Shown here: piece after piece, positions 57,237 through 64,000 of the stretch
Layout of the letters: every line of letters starts with the position of its first letter
Numbering within the stretch: the first letter of the stretch is position 1
Assembly: GCA_052034685.1 (NCBI GenBank)
Contig: JBPOIH010000002.1
Location: 7,738-71,737, forward strand
Reading direction: 5' to 3'
Source: Patescibacteria group bacterium
Lineage (GTDB): Bacteria; Patescibacteriota; Saccharimonadia; Saccharimonadales; CAYUUR01
DNA length: 64,000 nucleotides
Notes under the pieces: model-generated
What the model was told of the DNA's origin: nothing
The model's input: the letters and a program-made list of their open reading frames with translations, nothing else
Databases searched by the model: none
Program-made: the position numbers and the translations under genes

Positions 57237-58688
57237 TTAGTCGTTATGAAGTAGCATCAGACGAGCTGCGCCAAGCGACACGATGTCTATCTTGTCTTCT
57301 AGCGCTGCGTCTTCGAGTGCAACGACTTTAGACCGCCGATTTCCAAAACCAGCAGAATCTTCTGGTACGAGCTGGTACTCAAGCAGGTCTAACATTTCTT
57401 TAGGAGTACGAAAAAGCAGAAACGTACTACCTTTTGCAAAACGACTCAGCAACTCGTACGGACTATCAACTGATGACCGCGGGAACATTACGTCTCGCCC
57501 AATATGTGTCGACTGGGTGAGCGTTTGCACCGTGCCACTGCGTAAGTCGGCAATCAAGCGCGTCGTGCTGGCAGTCCGCTCGCCGCGTGATCCACAGCCA
57601 GGCGAGTGCACATCGTCTCGCTCTACAATCAGCCTGCTAGATCTCTGGCTACCGGTATCTATCTCGAGACGCCAGGCACGTCCGCCGATATCTTGCAAAG
57701 GCTTGGCGGTAAATCGAACACCGTACTCAGCCAGACCTTCGTTATATGGCAGTTCTCCAACTAAGTCTGCCAGTCTGTTGAGTACATCAACACTAGATGG
57801 ACGAGTCCGCTCTGCAGCCAACCTGCCAACATGCCTGAAAGCATTCAACCGCCTCGTGTAATGATCAAGGTACGACTCCTTACTGGCCGGGATCATGAGT
57901 GGACCGGCGGGTACTTCGCCTGCGGTCAATACTATACGACCTGTAAGTAGCCAGTTATCTGCATCAAGGATAGCTTCTGGTGACACCGTATCTGCACTAC
58001 GACGAACAAGTGCAGCAGCGTTTATAGTAATCTCGTCAACTTCTTGGACATCCTCTTCTACTACGTGCAACTCTTCAGGATGATAGCTTGGCCCAACCAA
58101 CCGTGCAGTCACTGGGTTGATTGGCAAGACCACGTTACGGTCAACAATCGTTATACCTTCACCCGTTAGTTGGCCGGCTTGTACTGTTTGGAGCTGGTCG
58201 TAAACCGTTATCACTTCCCCACCGTGCTCACGAACAAACTCATCCACTGCCCGCAAACTATCGCGCGCCTGGCGGGCTTCATTAATCACTTCAGCTTGAT
58301 CAACATCGCTCTGTTGTCTGAGTGAATGCCTTAGGCCGTACAAAGTGAACTCGTCAGCCCCTTGCGTCTCAGCATAGGCGATAACTTGTGCCTTGGCCGC
58401 TTCGCGCTCTGATTCTGCCATCGCTCGTAGCTCAAAATGTCTGTCAATTACTTCATCATCATCACGATGCTCAGCAATGTAGTCGTCTAAAGAAAGCCCG
58501 TGAAGGTAAGAAACCGTCTCGCCTGCTTGATCAACTCCATCCATATCTCCATAGCGCTCCTCGAGACTATGATATAGGCTGGTATCATTACTATCGTAGC
58601 GAGCAACCTCTTGCTGCCAATCAGTTAAGAGCGTCATAAGCTCTACACTATCAAGTATTTCTTGCCTCTGTAACGCTTCGCCGCTCAT
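57237..58688 (-). CDS. Large acidic hypothetical protein (483 aa)
   Basis: ORF only. Confidence 0.5.
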   Translation of the reverse strand: MSGEALQRQEILDSVELMTLLTDWQQEVARYDSNDTSLYHSLEERYGDMDGVDQAGETVSYLHGLSLDDYIAEHRDDDEVIDRHFELRAMAESEREAAKAQVIAYAETQGADEFTLYGLRHSLRQQSDVDQAEVINEARQARDSLRAVDEFVREHGGEVITVYDQLQTVQAGQLTGEGITIVDRNVVLPINPVTARLVGPSYHPEELHVVEEDVQEVDEITINAAALVRRSADTVSPEAILDADNWLLTGRIVLTAGEVPAGPLMIPASKESYLDHYTRRLNAFRHVGRLAAERTRPSSVDVLNRLADLVGELPYNEGLAEYGVRFTAKPLQDIGGRAWRLEIDTGSQRSSRLIVERDDVHSPGCGSRGERTASTTRLIADLRSGTVQTLTQSTHIGRDVMFPRSSVDSPYELLSRFAKGSTFLLFRTPKEMLDLLEYQLVPEDSAGFGNRRSKVVALEDAALEDKIDIVSLGAARLMLLHND

Positions 58689-58753
58689 AGTGTTCCCTCG
58701 TTTATAACCTTAATTTTGCGCCACACGCAACAAAATGGCAAGTAGTGGGGATG

Positions 58754-59386
58754 TTACAGTTTGGTCTCGTAGATCAAGAGCGTTCGTGCTAAGTTTGCTT
58801 TAGCTTTGTGTTCTAGCTCATCACGAATCTCTGGTACAGCAAATATGACTTTCGCTTCATCCGACCATTCCGCCAAAAATAGACCTCGCTTTTTACGGAA
58901 CAGATCGGGATCAACGTATGAATATTCCTGGCCGATTGCCGCGTCGTAAGCATCAAAGACTTCTGACTCAGCTGCCAGAATTGACATGTCTGCATCCAAG
59001 AAATAACCTAGGTCACCGTCTGACCCATTCCACTGATGTGATATCGTTGCCAATATATAGGCTGACGCCTTACGCATCCGTTCCGCCGGCTGTTTGTCAG
59101 CAAATGCCTCAAGTGTCAGCGCAGCACTCTGCTCTTCGTTTTGACCGCCACCAAGCTTAGGGTCATATATGACATCATGTCCTAACGTTGCCAGTAGCAC
59201 TGTCGGCATATCTGCAATAATCGCTTCTCGCTCCAGTAGGAATTGCGTCATCTGTTCAATATGCGTGAGCGTGTGGTAATGCCGCCAAGGCTCCTGTTCA
59301 TAGCGACCCAGAAAATCAGCCACACTCGGGTCGTCACCAGGAAGCATGAGTTGCTCTGTATAGATTATTTGTAGTTCTTCTCTCAT
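58754..59386 (-). CDS. HD-superfamily phosphohydrolase-like protein
   Basis: HYHTLTHI...LGHDVIYD. Confidence 0.6.
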   Translation of the reverse strand: MREELQIIYTEQLMLPGDDPSVADFLGRYEQEPWRHYHTLTHIEQMTQFLLEREAIIADMPTVLLATLGHDVIYDPKLGGGQNEEQSAALTLEAFADKQPAERMRKASAYILATISHQWNGSDGDLGYFLDADMSILAAESEVFDAYDAAIGQEYSYVDPDLFRKKRGLFLAEWSDEAKVIFAVPEIRDELEHKAKANLARTLLIYETKL

Positions 59387-59507
59387 GTAGTTTTTCTATG
59401 TACTCCAATATGTTCACCTGTAGTATGCAATAACGGCCGCCAAACCACAACTATCTTATAATGCGTTTCCGCTTGTGCTGACACCACATGTATGGCTATA
59501 ATGAAAC

Positions 59508-60227
59508 ATGGAAACACTACACTCTCCTGAATCACAAATAGCCGTCATGCCCTTGCATGCCATAACTGAGATGCTTGGTACCGAAGGCTTGGTGCAACGT
59601 TTCAGCTATGAAGTCTCACGCTTTAGTGTTGAAGACCAACACAAAGCTAACCAAGCATTCCTTGTAGCCTGCGAACTACACAAAGACCAACACCGTACAC
59701 GTGAACCCTACATCAATCACATCGTGCGGGTGGCGACGCGGATTATGTCTCACTACGAAGTTGATGATATCGATGTCATATGTGCGGCACTCTTGCACGA
59801 TAGCGTCGAAGACCACGCTAAAACCTTGGCAGGCGACAGCGTTGCTGACCCAAAAGCCGCCGCCTTAGCTACCCTCAGCACATGGTTTAACCCACGTGTG
59901 GCACGACTCATTGCAGGCGTCACCAACCCTGAATTCAACCCGGCGACCAAGAATGAAGACTACCTTGCGCATGTTAGCGATCTCTTCCTCAATGGCGACC
60001 CATGGCTGGGTGTTATCAAGTTGTCTGACTTTACGGACAACGCTACGGGACTTATCTATACGGTTGGGCCCAAGGTACCTAAACTGGCGCGTAAATATAC
60101 ACCAGCCGTGCCAGTCATGCGTCTTGCGCTTCGCAGTCCTGATTTCCCACTAGCACCGCACGTTATTGCGCACATCAATGAGCAATTAGACCTGACCGAG
60201 GAGCGGCTCAGCCTCCTCGCCGCCTAG
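59508..60227 (+). CDS. SpoT-type HD-domain protein (small alarmone hydrolase-like)
   Basis: ELHKDQHRTREPYINHIVRV...AALLHDSVEDH. Confidence 0.75.
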   Translation: METLHSPESQIAVMPLHAITEMLGTEGLVQRFSYEVSRFSVEDQHKANQAFLVACELHKDQHRTREPYINHIVRVATRIMSHYEVDDIDVICAALLHDSVEDHAKTLAGDSVADPKAAALATLSTWFNPRVARLIAGVTNPEFNPATKNEDYLAHVSDLFLNGDPWLGVIKLSDFTDNATGLIYTVGPKVPKLARKYTPAVPVMRLALRSPDFPLAPHVIAHINEQLDLTEERLSLLAA

Positions 60228-60241
60228 TGATCTAGTAAAGT

Positions 60242-60345
60242 TGGGTGAAAGGGCAATGCACATGAATCTGTGCGCCGAGCATCTCGGGCAACAGACTCAT
60301 GACCGAACCTGCGACTTTCGTCAGCTAAAGCTGCCGAGTCGAAGG
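60242..60345 (-). repeat. tRNA-linked structured element E5 (family A), downstream of tRNA-Pro
   Basis: Its first 45 nt are about 85% identical to E1. It contains GTCGCAGGTTCG and ends in CCTTTCACCC, both matching tRNA-Pro. Confidence 0.65.
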
Positions 60346-60370
60346 CTCGAGACTTAACTCTTGACCAATC

Positions 60371-60391
60371 AAAAAGCCCACATTGCTGTGG
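60371..60391 (-). terminator. Short terminator after tRNA-Pro
   Basis: On the minus strand: tccaca-gcaa-tgtggg followed by cttttt. Confidence 0.4.
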
Positions 60392-60401
60392 ACTCTTTGA
60401 T

Positions 60402-60478
60402 TGGTCGGGGTGAAAGGACTCGAACCTTCGACCTTGCGGTCCCAAACCGCACGCGCTAGCCAACTGCGCCACACCCCG
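60402..60478 (-). tRNA. tRNA-Pro(TGG), CCA encoded
   Basis: Hand-folded: CGGGGTG/CACCCCG acceptor, loop TTTGGGA, T-arm GAAGG-TTCGAGT-CCTTT. Confidence 0.9.
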
Positions 60479-60634
60479 ATGATGAACTTTTCACTTGTTG
60501 GGAATTGCACTAACAGAGGGAGATTATACCCGAAAACCATGCATCACGCCAGATGTTTCTATTTGTTGTCGTCTGTGACGTGTTGTACATGCTACTCTGG
60601 CGTAACACCGAGGGGTATGGGATAATACTGGCAG

Positions 60635-60793
60635 ATGAGGTACGCGTCGATATTTTTCACTATCTTGTTGATCTGGGTGGCAATTATTTTCATGGCGCTT
60701 ACCAGAGAAGACCCAGACGAGATCTTTCAACTTTTCCTAGCAGTTAACTTCTGTACCCTAGTGCTCTTCCTTATTGGCTTTGCCAAGAAATAG
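60635..60793 (+). CDS. 52-aa two-TM mini-protein (below the track's size cut-off)
   Basis: MRYASIFFTILLIWVAIIFMALTREDPDEIFQLFLAVNFCTLVLFLIGFAKK. Its stop abuts ATG 60794. Confidence 0.35.
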   Translation: MRYASIFFTILLIWVAIIFMALTREDPDEIFQLFLAVNFCTLVLFLIGFAKK

Positions 60794-62365
60794 ATGTTAA
60801 CACCCATGCGTGAAAGCTCAATCGCCGCAATCAAAAGACACCGCACAGCCCGGCTGGCGCGGCTCATAACACGCGCTTATTACATGCACAAACGCGGCCA
60901 AGAGGACAGGCTCTACACAATTGTTTGTGACGAGTTCGTTTCGCTGGGAGGTGTCTATGTGAAGTTTCTGCAAGGTGTCTTGCTCAGAAGTACGGTCATG
61001 AAAAAATGGCACAACCCCGAACGTCTGCGCATTTTTGAAGATTTAGAGACAGAACCGCTCGATATTGTAGGGATACTTCAGAAGGAGCTATCGCCGGAAC
61101 AACTAGCGCAGATAACACTTGTGCAGCCGCAACCATTTGCCGCCGGGAGTTTTGGCCAGGTGTACTACGGGCAGCACGCCAACGGCAAGCCACTTATCAT
61201 AAAGGTACTCCGGCCAATGATTCGCGAGCTGCTGCGCTGGGATCTCAAACTGCTCAGCGCCTTTAGTCGAACATTCTTCACAAAACTATACAAGAATATG
61301 GATGTGAGTGTTGTCTCGGCACTCAAAGAATTCCGCGCTGCCACCCTGCTTGAGACAGACTATAGAGCAGAGGCAGACTTTGCACACGAACTGTACGAAC
61401 ATTACAAAGACCACCCAAAGTACCTCATACCAGAAACATTTGCCAACCTCTGCACCGACCACATCATCGTGCAAGAATACATGGATGGTATTTCAGTCGC
61501 ACCCATCGTCAAACTGCAAGAACAAGGCGTCGACCCCAAACAATATGTTTTTGACCAACTCGGCTCAGACCTAGATGAGCAGCTGATAACTTTAGGCTTT
61601 GAAGAACTAAACGGCATCTTCAACCTAGAGCGCGTTCCGGGCGATCCACACCCTGGCAATATTAAACTATTAACAGATAACCGGGTTGGTTTAATTGATT
61701 TTGGCATTGCCGCACATACTCCACCAGATAAAGCAGCGTTCTTTGGCGTCATATATGAATGGAATCGATTGTTTGAGAGCAATCAAAACATCAGCGGTTT
61801 GTTTGAGCAGTTTATGCGGTTCTTTGTACGTGATTTGTATCGCGCACTCAGGCGGCTCAGCGCATTGTCAAACACTACGACGGCAGACGTCGTCAAAAAA
61901 CAAAACAACTTTACCCAGCAGGTGGGGCAAGTGGCCCAGGAAGCATTTGCTGGCGCAATCGGCACAGCCGACCTCAAGCCAATGCTTGCTGATGGTAGAA
62001 TTGTCAAAATCGTGAATCAGATGATAAACAAGAACAACCGGTTTGGTTTGGTCGTAAAGCTCGAGGCGTCAGAAATTCTGCGTGCTGCGCAAACATACCT
62101 ATCGCTGATTGAAACACTCGGGCGCAACAAAGTAGTCTTGCCTGTTGTGTTTGACGCTGTTATTCGCCAAGTTGAGCACGACCACCCAGAACTCAGTAGC
62201 CAACAGGATGACAACATGAACGTAGCCGATGCGCTGGAGATTGTCAGTAACTGGCTCGAGCGAGTGGCCGAACGCGACCCAGCACTCTTTCGTCAACTCA
62301 CAGAACGTATTAGAATGAAGACACAACCGCCGATAGCGCCAAAGGAGACACCAAGCAATGCTTAA
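60794..62365 (+). CDS. ABC1/UbiB family atypical kinase
   Basis: PFAAGSFGQVYYG and DPHPGNIKLL...GLIDFG. Confidence 0.85.
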   Translation: MLTPMRESSIAAIKRHRTARLARLITRAYYMHKRGQEDRLYTIVCDEFVSLGGVYVKFLQGVLLRSTVMKKWHNPERLRIFEDLETEPLDIVGILQKELSPEQLAQITLVQPQPFAAGSFGQVYYGQHANGKPLIIKVLRPMIRELLRWDLKLLSAFSRTFFTKLYKNMDVSVVSALKEFRAATLLETDYRAEADFAHELYEHYKDHPKYLIPETFANLCTDHIIVQEYMDGISVAPIVKLQEQGVDPKQYVFDQLGSDLDEQLITLGFEELNGIFNLERVPGDPHPGNIKLLTDNRVGLIDFGIAAHTPPDKAAFFGVIYEWNRLFESNQNISGLFEQFMRFFVRDLYRALRRLSALSNTTTADVVKKQNNFTQQVGQVAQEAFAGAIGTADLKPMLADGRIVKIVNQMINKNNRFGLVVKLEASEILRAAQTYLSLIETLGRNKVVLPVVFDAVIRQVEHDHPELSSQQDDNMNVADALEIVSNWLERVAERDPALFRQLTERIRMKTQPPIAPKETPSNA

Positions 62366-62546
62366 AGAAATGATCTTGTTTATCAAATACCCCTACACTG
62401 CGGGCGTCATTGCAACCATCTGGCTTGGAAGCGCTATCCTGCTGGCCGTTAACGCAGAGCTGCCTATGATTAAAATCGTCATGATTAATATGTTCATGAG
62501 TATCATAATCGCTGCCGTCGGCTTTACCGGCAAAAAAGAAATCTAG
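62358..62546 (+). CDS. Small two-TM membrane protein
   Basis: An 8-nt overlap with the upstream gene; hydrophobic. Confidence 0.45.
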   Translation: MLKEMILFIKYPYTAGVIATIWLGSAILLAVNAELPMIKIVMINMFMSIIIAAVGFTGKKEI

Positions 62547-62554
62547 GCTTTAGC

Positions 62555-63220
62555 TCAAGTTGGTTTTGGTGGAGAGAACAAATAAACTTGGCTTACTTCG
62601 ACACTTTTTGACGCCTTATCTGCAATGTATTCAGTCACAATATCTATACCATCCGTGTTTTCTGGGTGGTACATCGCAATATCAAAATAGTAATTGTCGG
62701 GTTCCGTTAAATGCACTTCACCCTTAATTACTTTAGAAATTGACGCCAGTAATAAAGCCCACTCTTCTGAAAGCCACACCTCATCCTCCGCAGCTATCTC
62801 TTGCGAAATCAAGCACACATCAGGGGAAACTTGACGCGTTACTACGTCTCCAACCAACACCTCGGCATAATCATTCAGCTGTGGCGCAGTTTTGTCACGC
62901 AGCCGAACTAGCTCACCGTATAAACCACCGTACCTAATGTTTGGATTCTCTCGGACTACACGCGTGCTTTCCTCGCGACTAATTATATCAATCCCCACAC
63001 GACGCACATTTGTTCTAATCTGTGCCCCAACGCATTTTGCTAACTTTGGAAGTTGGGCATAATACGCAAGATCTTCGCTTGCAGACCGAGGCAGAATGCC
63101 ACGAGTATATCGAAAGCTATTCGGCATATCTGCCTTAAAACCATGTCCCTCTGGCGCTATGTCGCTCATGGAAAATGAGTATACCTGATCTTTACCGACT
63201 AAACACAAGCGCAATATCAA
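62555..63220 (-). CDS. Hypothetical protein (221 aa)
   Basis: ORF with a 4-nt overlap with the upstream gene. Confidence 0.5.
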   Translation of the reverse strand: MILRLCLVGKDQVYSFSMSDIAPEGHGFKADMPNSFRYTRGILPRSASEDLAYYAQLPKLAKCVGAQIRTNVRRVGIDIISREESTRVVRENPNIRYGGLYGELVRLRDKTAPQLNDYAEVLVGDVVTRQVSPDVCLISQEIAAEDEVWLSEEWALLLASISKVIKGEVHLTEPDNYYFDIAMYHPENTDGIDIVTEYIADKASKSVEVSQVYLFSPPKPT

Positions 63221-64000
63221 ACTTGTAAGCGAATTTGTTCAATAGAACGAGCGCGGGTCGTAGATTCATCAACTTCTGCCAATACGGCACAGAACTGCAT
63301 AGGGCCAGCGCCTTCAATCTCATTACGTACGATTTTGCCGTCTTTCCAGCGCGTCAGGACTGATTCAAACGTCACGCCAAGTGACGAATTGAGCGTGCCG
63401 CACATACCGACATCAGTTATGTGAGCCGTACCTTTTGGCAACACACGCGCATCTGCTGTTGGCACGTGCCAATGATCGCCTACTACCAGGCTAGCCCTAC
63501 CATCAAGATAGTGGCCGATTATAACCTTCTCGCTGCTGTAATCACCGTGAAAATTTACAATAATCGCCACAGTGCCTTGCCCGTGCTTAGCGATAATCGT
63601 ATCTATGGTATGCAGAGGGTTATCTACCGGCGTATCAGCATCGCGCCCCACAATCGCACCGAGCAAACTGACCACCAGGACTTTGCCTTGTTTAGTTTCC
63701 GCTATCTTCCAGCCATCGCCTGGACAGTTATGCATGTTGGCGGGACCAATTACTGGGCTATTTGGATCACTCAAAAGAGAATGAATCTCCGTCTTGTGCG
63801 CCGTCCAGTTACCGCCGGTAAAGAAATCAACGCCTGCTTTTTGCAGTCGTTTCATATCAGCCGGTAAGAAGCCCTTACCTTCACTAACGTTCTCTGCCTG
63901 GGCAACTACAAAATCAATTGAGTGATCGGCTCGTAATTTTGGTAGCACACGTTCAACGACTCGAACACCGGGCTCCGCCATCACATCACCAATATAGAGA
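63217..64000 (-). CDS. YmdB-like (TIGR00282) metallophosphoesterase; N-terminus lies beyond the window
   Basis: ...LYIGDVMAEPG reads out of the window edge. Also QAENVSEGKG, GNWTAHK and NFHGD. Confidence 0.8.
   Translation of the reverse strand, partial: LYIGDVMAEPGVRVVERVLPKLRADHSIDFVVAQAENVSEGKGFLPADMKRLQKAGVDFFTGGNWTAHKTEIHSLLSDPNSPVIGPANMHNCPGDGWKIAETKQGKVLVVSLLGAIVGRDADTPVDNPLHTIDTIIAKHGQGTVAIIVNFHGDYSSEKVIIGHYLDGRASLVVGDHWHVPTADARVLPKGTAHITDVGMCGTLNSSLGVTFESVLTRWKDGKIVRNEIEGAGPMQFCAVLAEVDESTTRARSIEQIRLQV

Noticed and set aside
60224-60747. Track ORFs 60224..60472, 60325..60540, 60401..60625, 60524..60730 and 60553..60747
   Set aside because: They overlap tRNA-Pro or element E5, or are mutually exclusive frames in a short spacer. 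Only the 52-aa hydrophobic ORF 60635..60793 was kept, at low confidence.
1-64000. CRISPR arrays, rRNA genes, integrase/transposase/recombinase genes and prophage blocks
   Set aside because: No regularly spaced short direct repeats were seen, no rRNA-like conserved stretches, and no ORF with tyrosine/serine recombinase or DDE motifs recognisable by eye. The mobile-looking features therefore lack a cis-encoded enzyme in this window.

Overview
This is a densely packed 64-kb chromosomal window with about 75 plausible CDS and 6 tRNA genes, all with an encoded CCA end. I found no rRNA, no CRISPR array and no recognisable integrase or transposase.

Gene content:
- Housekeeping genes are scattered singly: murD, murI, murB, an HTH-fused murA, folD, glyA, purD, pyrD, a PyrE-like PRTase, dut, dCMP deaminase, rdgB, corA, UbiB and YmdB.
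- Three stand-alone receiver-domain proteins are present.
- Many small orphan proteins, sortase-type surface proteins and very short intergenic spacers fit a small-genome Patescibacteria/CPR bacterium, probably Saccharibacteria-like. This assignment is inference only.
- The ORF track omits a 369-aa minus-strand ORF at 111..1220, which I translated by hand.

Most interesting signals:
1. Five of the six tRNA genes are followed on the same strand by non-coding, hairpin-rich elements of about 100-170 nt.
   - Each element carries direct and inverted copies of the neighbouring tRNA's variable-loop/T-arm sequence, interrupted at the T-loop.
   - They fall into two sequence families (family A: E1, E5, E6; family B: E3, E4 and the 3' fragments in E1 and E2). 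Compensatory base changes between copies support the hairpins in both.
   - Two loci bracket single-gene cassettes (a NUDIX gene and a CPCC zinc-ribbon gene).
   - One locus carries an exact 17-nt duplication of the tRNA-Gly 3' end.
2. A RiPP/bacteriocin-like operon at 9990..13369 encodes a 65-aa hydrophobic Cys-containing peptide, a PqqD/RRE-like domain fused to an HExxH membrane protease, an ABC ATPase, a permease and a small membrane protein.
3. A cluster at 1280..6683 has two stand-alone DUF2156 (MprF C-terminal-like) genes, a PLP decarboxylase and a secreted peptide with two identical Cys-bracketed 14-aa repeats.
4. A 1.8-kb three-gene insertion is bounded by a displaced response-regulator 3' end that differs from the live copy only at synonymous sites.
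5. Two CSLREA/beta-helix surface-protein paralogs carry LADTG sorting signals, and one of them is frameshifted.

All functional calls rest on motif recognition by eye. No database search was run.
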